A stretch of DNA of 42,211 nt from an uncultured Halobacteria archaeon (lineage in GTDB: Archaea > Halobacteriota > Syntropharchaeia > Alkanophagales > Methanospirareceae). A model generated the notes under the pieces. The model saw nothing but the letters and a program-made list of their open reading frames with translations, searched no databases and was not told the origin of the DNA. Made by a program: the position numbers and the translations under genes. The stretch is taken from assembly GCA_964522635.1 (NCBI GenBank), contig CAZFWT010000001.1, positions 15,780-57,990 on the forward strand, given 5' to 3'. Within the stretch, counting starts at the first letter, position 1, and the number at the start of each line of letters is the position of its first letter. This document shows, one piece after another, positions 1-8,669 of the stretch.

Positions 1-88
1 GCGTCGTCTCTTCCGGTTGGATGCAGCCACCGGCCATTCCTGCGAGTACAAGCAGGCAGAGTCCCAGCGTTACCGGCTTCACGTGCAT
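1..88 (-). CDS. N-terminal fragment of a putative secreted lipoprotein; the gene runs off the left edge of the window
   Basis: The reverse-strand ATG at 88-86 reads MHVKPVTLGLCLLVLAGMAGGCIQPEETT and stays open to position 1. It has a basic n-region, a hydrophobic core and a G-C lipobox-like motif, in the same style as the signal peptides of the ORFs starting at 979 and 30522. Confidence 0.35.
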   Translation of the reverse strand, partial: MHVKPVTLGLCLLVLAGMAGGCIQPEETT

Positions 89-254
89 ACCGACCACCCA
101 GATACTTTTAGCGCCGCTCTACTTATTAGCACCTCCACGGCGTGTCTTCGTTGCTCATTGGATTATTTCGGTCTTTACCGCCAATCGTCGTGCCGCGGCA
201 TAGAACAAGGAAGGCACCGCAAGTAATATTAAATCGGACGACGAAGAGTCATCT

Positions 255-854
255 ATGACCGCTGCTGTACGCACGAGCACGTGCGATTCGAAGCGCCTGG
301 TACGAAACCTTGCGCTATTCTGCGTGCTGACGCTCATCAACGCGCTGCTCGTTCGCTATGGCGAGCTCTTCAAGCCCGACGAGTTCGGCCTGCCCGGGAT
401 ATATCTCGCGGTTGGTGTCATGATAGCATTCGGGCTCTGGTTCGGGCTCTGGGGTGTGCTGGCCGCTTTTGCCGGCTATCTGCTCGGCGCCAGCCTACCC
501 GCAGGCGTGCCTGCCACGGTCGGTATCGCGCTAGGTCTTGCAGATGTCGTAGAGGTGCTGATACCGGTCCTTGCGTTCCAGCTATTCGCTGCTGATGCGG
601 CGCTTCGTACCAGGCACGATTTTTATGTCTTTCTTGCCTTCGGCTGGCTCCTCAATAATCTGCTCGGCGCACTCATCGGCTCGGGTGCAGTCCTTCTATT
701 CGGGGTCATCCCGCCTGAACTTTACGCGGCGAGCTTCCTTGATTGGCTCCTCGGTAACCTGATCGTGACCTTGATCGTCACGACTGCCCTGCTGAGACTG
801 GGAACGCCGCTCGTACGATCAGCAGGCCTCTTTGTGGAACGGTACTGGTGTTGA
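255..854 (+). CDS. Polytopic integral membrane protein, function unknown
   Basis: 199-aa ORF with about 5-6 G/A/L-rich hydrophobic spans (e.g. GIYLAVGVMIAFGLWFGLWGVLAAFAGYLLG). No catalytic motif was recognised. It is only vaguely ECF-S-component-like. The start is not verified. Confidence 0.6.
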   Translation: MTAAVRTSTCDSKRLVRNLALFCVLTLINALLVRYGELFKPDEFGLPGIYLAVGVMIAFGLWFGLWGVLAAFAGYLLGASLPAGVPATVGIALGLADVVEVLIPVLAFQLFAADAALRTRHDFYVFLAFGWLLNNLLGALIGSGAVLLFGVIPPELYAASFLDWLLGNLIVTLIVTTALLRLGTPLVRSAGLFVERYWC

Positions 855-978
855 ATATCCACGCTTCTCTTCTTTTTGCGGGGCACTGAATGCGGTCGAA
901 GCAACACACGATCAAGCCGAACATATTTATGCTTCCCTGGACATTTTAACCCTTCAGAAGAGGCGGGTGGAGTGATCG

Positions 979-2901
979 ATGGAGAAGAAGGTTGCGCTTG
1001 TTGGAGTTGTCATTCTTGTGCTCATTACAATTGCTGGTTCCGGGTGTCTTTCCTCGCGTGAGCCGACGCCCACTGACCTGACGTACCTGACAGAGCAGTA
1101 TCCGCCGTTTAATTACGAGAAGGACGGCCAGCTGCAGGGTATTGCGGTTGAGCTCCTCGAGGCGATCACCGCAACGATGGGCGAAGGGATCACGGAAGAT
1201 GAGATGCGCCTGATGCCGTGGACTGACGGCTACCAGACCACGCTGAATCAAACCAATACGGTTCTCTTCTCCACCGCTCGGCTGCCGGAACGCGAAGCAT
1301 CGTTCAAGTGGGTGGGTCCCATTTACACCGCGCAGAAAGTCCTCTTTGCCAGGCGAGACCGTGAGATAAGCATTCACCATCCTGAGGATCTCGCGGGCTA
1401 TAAAATCGGGGTGATTACCGACGATGCTGCCATACCGCAACTGCTTGCGCTCGGCGTGACGAGCGACCAGTTGGTAGCAGATTCCGATCCCGCGGTCATC
1501 ATGACCAAACTGGAGCAGGGCGAACTCGATCTCTGGTGCTATGGAGAAGATGCCGGTAATTATTTCGCCAACGAGCAAACCGGGAGGTACGGGTACTTCA
1601 AGGTCGTGTACACGCTCCAGAAGTATGAGCTCTACTACGCGTTCAACAAAGAAACACCCGATACTGTCGTTGGGTCCTTTCAGGCGGCGCTTGACCGGGT
1701 AAAGGCCCGGGAAGATGCAGAAGGGCTGAGTCAGTATGAGCGAGTCGTAGCTCGGTACATTCCCTCATTCGGCCTTGGCAAGTATACGTACCTTACCGAG
1801 GAGTTCCCGCCACTGAACTACAAAGAGGACAGCGAACTTAAGGGCGTTGCCGTTGACCTGGTGGAGGCGATCTTCACGCGGCTGAATGTCGGGCTCACGC
1901 GCGCGGATATTCGGTTCGTGCCCTGGCCTGAAGCGTATCAGATTGGGCTCGCCAACAACACCACCGTCGTCTTTTCGATGGCTCGGGTACCCGAACGGGA
2001 AGAGCTGTTCCGGTGGGCTGGCCCCTTTGTCAAGGGCGATATTGTACTCTTTGGCCCGCGCAGCCAAAACATCACGATTGTTACCGCAGCGGACCTGAAG
2101 AACTACCGGATCGGAGCGATTGCGAATACCAGTTCTATCCCACTGCTGCTCGCCCAGGGGGTTGCTGATGAGCAGCTCGTGCTCGGTGAGTCTGCGACGG
2201 TGCTTATCGAGCAGCTCGAGCGCGGCGAGCTCGATCTCTGGTCCACGGGCGAGCTCTCGGGCAGGTATCTCATCAACAAACACGCAGCGCGGCCTGATGA
2301 TATCGAGAGCGTCTATACCCTGCACACGAACGAGTATTACTTCGCATTCAGCCGTGACACACCCGATACGCTTGTCACCGCATTCCAGCAGGCGCTGGAG
2401 GATATCCGGCTCGAGAAGGACGCGCAGGGCGTCAGTGAGTACGAACGGATACTGTATCGCTATCTTGAGGTTGAATGCGTCGCCCAACCGTTAGGCGACG
2501 AGGCGATCATGCAGCTCGTCAACCTCACTGCTACGGCGATCGAAGCAGATGTAGCCGGGGCCTTCGCGGCGATAAACGCGGGCGAGCATCCCTACAAGAA
2601 CCGAGCTCAGCAAGAGCTCTACGTCTTCGTGTACGATACGAATGTCACTATGGTCGCGGACGCTGACAATATCAAGCTTGTGGGCGTGAACTTCCGCGGC
2701 AAAACGGACGTCACAGGCAAGCCCTTCAGGGACGAGATAGTCGCTGGCGCGCTCCGGAACGGCTCGGGCTGGGTCGAGTACCTCTATATCAATCCGGTGG
2801 AGACCGGGCTCTATCTCAAGAAGACCTACTATCAACTGGTCCGGGGGAGTGATGGCCAGCAGTATGTAGTCTGCAGCGGCATGTATAAGCGGTGTAGATA
2901 G
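979..2901 (+). CDS. Extracytoplasmic lipoprotein with tandem family-3 solute-binding (PBPb) domains plus a C-terminal single-Cache (sCache_2-like) domain and no output domain
   Basis: The N-terminus MEKKVALVGVVILVLITIAGSGCLSS is a signal peptide with a lipobox-like G-C. Residues ~35-265 and ~270-500 are clear paralogous copies (LTEQYPPFNYEKDGQLQGIAVEL / LTEEFPPLNYKEDSELKGVAVDL; ARLPEREASFKWVGP / ARVPEREELFRWAGP; LEQGELDLW / LERGELDLW). Residues ~505-640 show a Cache pattern: ELYVFVYDTNVTMVADAD..LVGVNFRGKTDVTGKPFRDEIV..GSGWVEYLYINP..KKTYY..VVCSGMY. Confidence 0.85.
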   Translation: MEKKVALVGVVILVLITIAGSGCLSSREPTPTDLTYLTEQYPPFNYEKDGQLQGIAVELLEAITATMGEGITEDEMRLMPWTDGYQTTLNQTNTVLFSTARLPEREASFKWVGPIYTAQKVLFARRDREISIHHPEDLAGYKIGVITDDAAIPQLLALGVTSDQLVADSDPAVIMTKLEQGELDLWCYGEDAGNYFANEQTGRYGYFKVVYTLQKYELYYAFNKETPDTVVGSFQAALDRVKAREDAEGLSQYERVVARYIPSFGLGKYTYLTEEFPPLNYKEDSELKGVAVDLVEAIFTRLNVGLTRADIRFVPWPEAYQIGLANNTTVVFSMARVPEREELFRWAGPFVKGDIVLFGPRSQNITIVTAADLKNYRIGAIANTSSIPLLLAQGVADEQLVLGESATVLIEQLERGELDLWSTGELSGRYLINKHAARPDDIESVYTLHTNEYYFAFSRDTPDTLVTAFQQALEDIRLEKDAQGVSEYERILYRYLEVECVAQPLGDEAIMQLVNLTATAIEADVAGAFAAINAGEHPYKNRAQQELYVFVYDTNVTMVADADNIKLVGVNFRGKTDVTGKPFRDEIVAGALRNGSGWVEYLYINPVETGLYLKKTYYQLVRGSDGQQYVVCSGMYKRCR

Positions 2902-2971
2902 AAGCGGTGCACCCTGAATTGCTCTGACTGCTGCTGTTGCAATCCCATCGCACACGCGGGCAGGGCACGAC

Positions 2972-4279
2972 TCAAATGAGGTACATGTCCTCCGCTTCCC
3001 GCAGCAGTCCCTCTCGGAACTGTGGATGCGCAATGTTGATGATCTCCAGCGCGCGCTCACGCGTCGATTTCCCCTTCAGGTCGACCACGCCATACTCAGT
3101 CACCAGGTAATGGGTGTCCATCCGTGGTGTGGTGACCATCGTGCCGGGCTTGAACCGCGGCACGATCCGTGAGACCGTACCGTTCTTCGCGGTTGAATAG
3201 AAGGCCAGGATGGACTTTCCACCGCGCGCCTGGAACGCGCCCCGGACGAAATCGAGCTGCCCGCCCGTGCCGCTGAACTGCGCGCCGGCGAGGAACTCCG
3301 CATTGCACTGCCCGAGCAAGTCAACCTCGAGGATCGAATTGATAGAGATCATATTGTCGTTCTGCGCGATGACGGAGGGGTCGAGCACGTAGGAGGCGGG
3401 GTAGCTCTCCATGCTCGGGTTGTCGTTCATGAACTCGTACATCTTCTTCGTGCCCTGTGCGATGGTAAAGACCGTCTTGCGCGGATGCAGGGTCTTCTTC
3501 CTGCCAGTGACCACCCCTTTCTCGATCAGCTCGATCATGCCGGGCACCAGGAGCTCCGTATGTATCCCGAGGTCCTCATGCCCCTCGAGATACCGGGCCA
3601 CGGCATTGGGAATGCCACCAATGCCCAGCTGGATCGTCGCGCCATCGGGCACCAGCTCGGCGATAGCCTCACCAATCGCCTGGTCCTCAGGCTTCTGCTC
3701 GGGTAGTCGCAGCTCCAGCAGCGGAACGTGGTTCTCCACGATTGCGTCCACCTCGGAGATGTGGATGAGCGAATCGCCGAAGACGCGTGGCATGTGCTCG
3801 TTCACCTCCACGATGAGCCGTTTGCAGTGCCGTGCCGCGGTGGAGGTGAAGTCGTTCGCGGTGCCAAAACTGAAGTAGCCCGCTTTATCCATGGGCGAGA
3901 CGGTCGTGATAGTAACATCGAGCTCCATGTAATCGCGGATCAGGCGCGGCACCTGGTGGAAGTACACGGGCACGAAATAGTTCAACCCCACCCTGACCTT
4001 CGGACGATCAGACCCGCTCACGAACCACGAATACGCTTGGATGCAATCGCAGAGATCAGGTGCGAAGACCGTCTCCGCAACGTGCTTCTGTGGATTGAAG
4101 GAATAAATCTTGAGATCTTTCAGCTCATCTGCTCGCACTCGATCGGCGATCGCGGCAAGCAGTGCAGGCGGCTCGGCGGTCGTCAAGCCATGAACAATGG
4201 TGCTGCCGTTCTCGATACTCGCCACAGCCTTATCAGGCGTGGTCAGCTTCTGCCGGTATTCCGCGGTATATACACTCAT
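2972..4279 (-). CDS. Acetyl-CoA hydrolase/transferase family protein (4-hydroxybutyrate / butyryl-CoA:acetate CoA-transferase type)
   Basis: 435-aa ORF with family-typical segments: KLTTPDKAVASIENGSTIVHG, LGIGGIPNAV, SINSILEVDLLGQCNAE, GTGGQLDFVRGA. Substrate specificity cannot be read from the sequence. Confidence 0.8.
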   Translation of the reverse strand: MSVYTAEYRQKLTTPDKAVASIENGSTIVHGLTTAEPPALLAAIADRVRADELKDLKIYSFNPQKHVAETVFAPDLCDCIQAYSWFVSGSDRPKVRVGLNYFVPVYFHQVPRLIRDYMELDVTITTVSPMDKAGYFSFGTANDFTSTAARHCKRLIVEVNEHMPRVFGDSLIHISEVDAIVENHVPLLELRLPEQKPEDQAIGEAIAELVPDGATIQLGIGGIPNAVARYLEGHEDLGIHTELLVPGMIELIEKGVVTGRKKTLHPRKTVFTIAQGTKKMYEFMNDNPSMESYPASYVLDPSVIAQNDNMISINSILEVDLLGQCNAEFLAGAQFSGTGGQLDFVRGAFQARGGKSILAFYSTAKNGTVSRIVPRFKPGTMVTTPRMDTHYLVTEYGVVDLKGKSTRERALEIINIAHPQFREGLLREAEDMYLI

Positions 4280-4453
4280 AGCTTAGCGAATCCACCTTCC
4301 TTCATTCCTTGTCAGTGAATAATTAGAATGTTCACGCTCTGTTGTTAAAACCTACGGAGGTGCGTGGAGAAATGTGTATCTTCTGTGACGAGAACAGAAA
4401 ACTTACTTTCACGAGTAGTCCAAAGATAACTAGGGCAGCAAAGGCGGTGAAAG

Positions 4454-6880
4454 ATGGAGATCCAGGCACAGCGGGTTGAAAACATTCTGATCCTATCGCT
4501 CGACGGTCGGCTCGACGCTTTCGGCGCGGAGCAACTGGACGCGGCGCTGAAATCCCAGCTCACTGAAGAGGACAGAGCGGTCGTTATTGACCTGGCACAG
4601 GTCGCCTATTTGAGCAGTGGCGGCATTCGCACACTCCTGGCGACCGAAAAGCGGCTGAAGCCGCGTGGCAGCGGCATTCAGCTCTGCTGCGTCCAGTCCT
4701 ATCCGCTCAAAGTGCTCGCGATGGCCGGTTTCGACCAGTTCTTCGCCATCCATCCGACACAGGAGGTTGCACTCGCACACGCGCGTGCGCTCATACGCTC
4801 GACGGGCACGGTGGTGGACTGGGATAGTCTGTCCTCGTACACCCTCGGCGGCGCGCGTTTATCTGTTTTTGAGTGCTCGCCAGAGTCAGCCGTGCTGAAG
4901 ATCACGAGCGACATCTCAAAGGTCCTTTATGCTCGGTTGGGTGATGAGGATATCTGCACGCGCCGGTTCTCAGAGACGGAATACTCGATCGGACTCGGCG
5001 CATTGGGCGCGAGCGTTACTGAGTGCGCGCCCTATCTCGGTGAGATGATCACAATCGGTGGCACGATGGTCTGGCTGCCGACCGACGGTCACGACACGCC
5101 CGATTTCCTCATTCCGAAACGCGACACCGGCGAGGTCACCATTTACACCGGCTTCAACGTCGCGCTCGACGGCACCTTTAACGATATCATCGTGATGGAG
5201 AGCGAGAACGGGTCTCCATTCAGCATCAGCGAGCTCTACGCGGCGATCTTTGCCTTTGCACGCGAGCACCGGCCGAACTTCAAGGGCCTGGTCAGCCTCG
5301 CGCTCTGGGCGGATCTCAACGCGCTCTACAGCTCCGGGGTGAAGATCTCGCCCATCAGAAAGTTCGCACCCGCGAACCGCGAGATGATCATGCACCCGGA
5401 CAACATTAACACGTGGTTTGATATCGCAACCGAATCTCGCTATCAGGGCGAGACGATGGTGGGCTTCGGGATGGGGCTCGATCTGCAGCGTGAGCTCTCC
5501 GCATATGATCAGGACGGCGTCAACGCGCTCTTCTATTTGCACCCGGCGAATATCGGCACCAAGAAGCTGTTGCTTCATAATCACGGTGTGATCTTCAAGC
5601 ACCTTCCGTGGACGCGGAGCGCGAATCTGGACGCGGAGATCAGACGAATCGTGGCCGAGGGCGAGTTCCTTGATATGCGCCATCTCCTCGACAACACGAG
5701 TGTTACCCGCGCCCTCATCGGTGTCTCTTACATCGCGGACATCGTCTTTGAAGAGGCGACGACTATCGAGCTCGTGGGCGAATGCGCGGGCTGGACCGAG
5801 ACCTTCGAGCAGCTCACGAAGAAGCTGCATCAGGATTGCAGCGAGGTGCAACTGACTCCGTTAACCGGTGGGTTCAGTGGCTCGCTCGTCTTTCGCGTCA
5901 ACGCCTGGGATCGCGGTGGCCGTAAAGAGATGCCTTTAGTCCTGAAACTGGGGCCGTGGTCCGATATCCACGACGAGATCCAGGGCTACGAAACGCACGT
6001 GAAACGCTACATCCAGAACAACGCCACGCAGATCATCCAGCACTGCAAGCTGGGCGAGTACGGTGGGATACTGTACAACTTCGTCGGCATCACGGGCACG
6101 GAGAGCAAGATCGGCTCGCTCGAGGATTTCTATCGCGCGCACAGCACGGAGGAGGTCATCGCGGCCTTCGACAAGCTCTTCCGCGTCGTGCTCAAAGCCT
6201 GGTACGGGCAGCCGAAATTGAAGGAGATCTCGCTCTACGAGGAGTACGGCTCCTTCTACAACTACGAGGCGATACGAGCGTATGCGCAGTCGCACTTCGG
6301 CATAACGCCAGATCAGGAACTCATAGAGCTCCCGTTCGGGCTCGGCACGTCCGTCAATCCGCTCTACTTCGCCGAACAGGTCATGCCGGCGCGCAGATCG
6401 AAGATCATGAGCGTCTACGAGGCCTCGGTGCACGGCGACCTGAACATGAAGAACGTGCTCATGGACGAGGAGAAGAACATGTGGCTCATCGATTTCTCGG
6501 AGACCGGGCACGGGCATATATTGAAGGATATCGCGAAGCTCGAGGCCGTCATGAAGTTCGAGACCTTCGTGCTCGAGAGCGAGGCGCAGGTGCGCGAGGT
6601 CGTGGCGCTCGAGCAGCTCTTTCTCAATGTCTCCGCACTGGGTGAGATCCCTCAGCTCCCGGACACGATCGAAAATCCTGAGGTGCGTAAAGCGTTCCGG
6701 TGCGTGCAGCGGCTGCGAGAATACGCGAACGTCATCACACTCCTTGATGAAGACCTCACTCAGTACTACTTCAGCCTGCTCTGGTACACGCTGATCGTGC
6801 TGGCTTACGGGAGTGTGAACGAGTATGCGAAACAGTACGCATGGATCTCCGCCTCGCTGCTCTGCCAGAAGCTGCTGTAG
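4454..6880 (+). CDS. Three-part protein: N-terminal STAS (anti-sigma-antagonist-like) domain, an unassigned central region of ~350 aa, and a C-terminal APH/choline-kinase-like phosphotransferase domain
   Basis: Residues 1-110 read ILILSLDGRLDAFGAEQLD...VVIDLAQVAYLSSGGIRTLL...LKVLAMAGFDQFFAIH, which is a STAS/SpoIIAA pattern with the Ser-containing loop. The C-terminus carries HGDLNMKNVLMDEEKNMWLIDFSETGHG, a Brenner-type HxDxxxxN catalytic loop plus a DF(S) metal-binding motif. I cannot assign the middle ~350 aa. Confidence 0.8.
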   Translation: MEIQAQRVENILILSLDGRLDAFGAEQLDAALKSQLTEEDRAVVIDLAQVAYLSSGGIRTLLATEKRLKPRGSGIQLCCVQSYPLKVLAMAGFDQFFAIHPTQEVALAHARALIRSTGTVVDWDSLSSYTLGGARLSVFECSPESAVLKITSDISKVLYARLGDEDICTRRFSETEYSIGLGALGASVTECAPYLGEMITIGGTMVWLPTDGHDTPDFLIPKRDTGEVTIYTGFNVALDGTFNDIIVMESENGSPFSISELYAAIFAFAREHRPNFKGLVSLALWADLNALYSSGVKISPIRKFAPANREMIMHPDNINTWFDIATESRYQGETMVGFGMGLDLQRELSAYDQDGVNALFYLHPANIGTKKLLLHNHGVIFKHLPWTRSANLDAEIRRIVAEGEFLDMRHLLDNTSVTRALIGVSYIADIVFEEATTIELVGECAGWTETFEQLTKKLHQDCSEVQLTPLTGGFSGSLVFRVNAWDRGGRKEMPLVLKLGPWSDIHDEIQGYETHVKRYIQNNATQIIQHCKLGEYGGILYNFVGITGTESKIGSLEDFYRAHSTEEVIAAFDKLFRVVLKAWYGQPKLKEISLYEEYGSFYNYEAIRAYAQSHFGITPDQELIELPFGLGTSVNPLYFAEQVMPARRSKIMSVYEASVHGDLNMKNVLMDEEKNMWLIDFSETGHGHILKDIAKLEAVMKFETFVLESEAQVREVVALEQLFLNVSALGEIPQLPDTIENPEVRKAFRCVQRLREYANVITLLDEDLTQYYFSLLWYTLIVLAYGSVNEYAKQYAWISASLLCQKLL

Positions 6881-7033
6881 ATCACGATGTATCCCCTTCG
6901 ACAACCTTCGTGGATCAGGATCCTGAAGGTGAGATACTCGGAATAGAGCTATTAGCAGAGAAGATAGATCTGAGCCGATTTCGTAATATCGAGCTCTTTG
7001 ATCCCCGTGAATGAGCGTCTGCTCGAGAATGGA

Positions 7034-7438
7034 TTATTTACAGAAAAACCCGCTATCGTGGAGTTTTTGGCTCTTTCTCGTCTTGCTCGCCTGCCGCGCC
7101 TCCGTGACCTTCAGCACGTAGTAGGAGCAGAGCACGAGCATCGCGTAGGTGATCCACTGGAGGAGGACGACGAGCTGCGGGGACGTCCGGTAGATGCCCC
7201 AGAGCTCCTCGATATGCGTGAAGACCATGAGAAAGAGGAAGAGCGCGAGGAAGATGAAGGCCTTTCGGAGCCAGTTCGTATAAATAAAAGCGACCCTTAA
7301 CGAGAGCGCCGCACCGATCACCAGAATCGCGGGGTACATCACGCGTGTATACTCGTGGGCGAGTGTATCGGGCAGGAAGAGACAGATAACTGCCGGCACG
7401 AGCATGAGCATCACTTTGAGAAACAGGCGCGGATTCAT
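7034..7438 (-). CDS. Small integral membrane protein (about 4 TM), function unknown
   Basis: 134-aa ORF with four hydrophobic stretches (LMLVPAVICLFL, YPAILVIGAALSL, FIFLALFLFLMVF, YAMLVLCSYYVL). A TATA-like box lies ~25-30 nt upstream of the ATG. The overlapping plus-strand ORF 6998..7300 looks spurious. Confidence 0.55.
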   Translation of the reverse strand: MNPRLFLKVMLMLVPAVICLFLPDTLAHEYTRVMYPAILVIGAALSLRVAFIYTNWLRKAFIFLALFLFLMVFTHIEELWGIYRTSPQLVVLLQWITYAMLVLCSYYVLKVTEARQASKTRKSQKLHDSGFFCK

Positions 7439-7460
7439 GATCTCACGTTGGCCGAGCGGC

Positions 7461-7470
7461 TATATAAAAA
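7461..7470 (-). promoter_or_regulatory. TATA-box-like element for the 7438 membrane-protein gene (leaderless-type spacing)
   Basis: The minus strand reads GTTATTTTTATATAG, about 25-30 nt upstream of the ATG at 7438. Confidence 0.3.
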
Positions 7471-7516
7471 TAACTGCGTGTTCCGAGTTACCCCGTTTTT
7501 CACGTAGTCCGTTGCG

Positions 7517-7650
7517 TTACAACAACTCTAACCGCTGCGTCACCTTGTCGAGCTCATTAGCACGTGCCAGGCCAATGCCGAGCGCGGTAACAGTCCCCGG
7601 TGGTATCTCGGTCAGGTCCGCGTCCTCGACGATTGCACACGGCAGCCCCA
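7517..7650 (-). pseudogene. Orphan copy of the 3' end of pth2 (last ~44 codons plus stop), with no 5' part
   Basis: 7516-7650 aligns without gaps to 8670-8804 with about 10 mismatches in 135 nt. In the pth2 frame it reads ..GLPCAIVEDADLTEIPPGTVTALGIGLARANELDKVTQRLELL*. Homology starts essentially at the stop codon and breaks abruptly at 7650. Confidence 0.7.
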
Positions 7651-7964
7651 CCCCAATCGGTGGCCGTGCCGCTGACGGTAATGGTTGTCGTATTGACTAC
7701 CTGCCCGTTCATAGGCGCTGTGATCGTAATTGCTGGGGTGGTATCTGGCGGCGGATTATACATCACAGTAATCGAGGATTGTTTGGTATTGCCTGCGGTG
7801 TCGGTGACTCGTGCCGAGATGGTATTCGATCCAGCAGAAAGCCACACCAATTTACTCCACGAGGTGGTTCCATCTGCCTCTTGCCGAATCCCCGAAATTC
7901 TGCAGCGCCGATCATGCCCAAGGATGTGCATTGACGCCCCAAACGCGTCCAAATAACTCAACAT
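7651..7964 (-). pseudogene. Fragment of a multi-Ig-like-repeat surface protein gene, truncated at both ends
   Basis: The minus-strand frame reads ..DGTTSWSKLVWLSAGSNTISARVTDTAGNTKQSSITVMYNPPPDTTPAITITAPMNGQVVNTTTITVSGTATDWGG. That is the end of one Ig-like repeat, a Pro/Thr linker and the start of the next. The frame then runs out of frame into the pth2 fragment. The upstream part of ORF 7557..8285 is Arg/Cys-rich nonsense and overlaps a better plus-strand gene. Confidence 0.5.
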
Positions 7965-8007
7965 CGAGCATCTCTCACCTCTAACTGCATATACTCCTAC
8001 ACATGCA

Positions 8008-8015
8008 TTTATATG
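8008..8015 (+). promoter_or_regulatory. TATA-box-like element for the 8039 gene (leaderless-type spacing)
   Basis: TTTATATG lies ~28 nt upstream of the ATG at 8039 and is flanked by the short inverted repeat TGCAT/ATGCA. Confidence 0.35.
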
Positions 8016-8038
8016 CAGTAAAGTTGCTAAGAATATAT

Positions 8039-8257
8039 ATGAAGAAAGGGGAGGTTGTACAGCTGCATATGTTATTGGCTCAATTGGAGAAGTTTTGTGA
8101 GCGGCATAGCTTGGATTGCAATTTTTCAAAATATCATGAGCTTGATATCTCGCCCTTCCAGATCCACCGCAGCAAGGACGAGCACAAGCAGGCCGTTTTC
8201 GTGCTCTGCACGGAACTCGCGTCCATGGCCGCGAAGCACAGCGCAATCTACAAATAA
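8039..8257 (+). CDS. Small conserved archaeal protein, UPF0058-like (assigned from memory of the family pattern)
   Basis: It reads MKKGEVVQLHMLLAQLEKFCERH....YHELDISPFQIHRSKDEHKQAVFVLCTELASM. This matches my recollection of the ~80-90-aa UPF0058 family (ELxxLHxxL...ISPxHxHRSKxEHKxAxF). It lies in a visibly AT-rich patch. The ATG at 8003 is an alternative start. Confidence 0.6.
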   Translation: MKKGEVVQLHMLLAQLEKFCERHSLDCNFSKYHELDISPFQIHRSKDEHKQAVFVLCTELASMAAKHSAIYK

Positions 8258-8669
8258 CCGCGCCTATAACGGCAAGTGCGTCCACTCACTGCATGCAGAG
8301 CACGCGGAGAAATCCTCGAGGATAACAGGTTTGTGGAGAGCAGATAGGCGCTCTCAGAAAAAACCAAAAACGCGAGGTCGAGCTCTGAGGACCAGGTGAC
8401 GCCCTAAGTCGCTGCAATGATGAACCACTTCTTCTTTCCGTCATCCTTCACATCACCCGTAAAGTAGTCACCGCCTATCGCTGCACCAGCGACCAGCAGG
8501 GCGATGACAAAAAAATGCCGCGGATGCAAGTTCAAACCAAAACAATATGGGTCGTGGGTTGCATCCACGGAGGTAAATCTTATGAACCACAACTATTACC
8601 CTAACGCAAAAACACGTCCGCATCGTTCCCGTTCAACTTTTAAACGAGTCCCCAAAAACGAGGAAGCGA

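Noticed and set aside
946-2487. Minus-strand ORFs 946..1578 and 1765..2487, antisense to the SBP-SBP-Cache gene
   Set aside because: The sense frame shows an internally duplicated, family-typical domain structure. The antisense frames have no motifs and show GC-driven openness.
4970-6904. 293-aa and 322-aa minus-strand ORFs (4970..5851, 5936..6904) and the plus-strand 5956..6645 ORF inside the STAS-kinase gene
   Set aside because: These are alternative or antisense frames with low-complexity R/E/L/H-rich sequence. They have no recognisable domains and are fully nested in a better-supported 808-aa ORF.
7965-8285. N-terminal 107 codons of ORF 7557..8285
   Set aside because: The sequence is Arg/Cys/Ala-rich and protein-unlike. 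It overlaps the better UPF0058-like gene and its promoter on the opposite strand. Only the Ig-like portion (7651-7964) looks like former coding sequence.
8404-8592. 62-aa minus-strand ORF with one hydrophobic stretch (FFVIALLVAGAAIGG)
   Set aside because: It is short, has no recognisable family, promoter or SD, and lies in the mosaic AT-rich patch. It cannot be distinguished from a chance ORF without comparative data.
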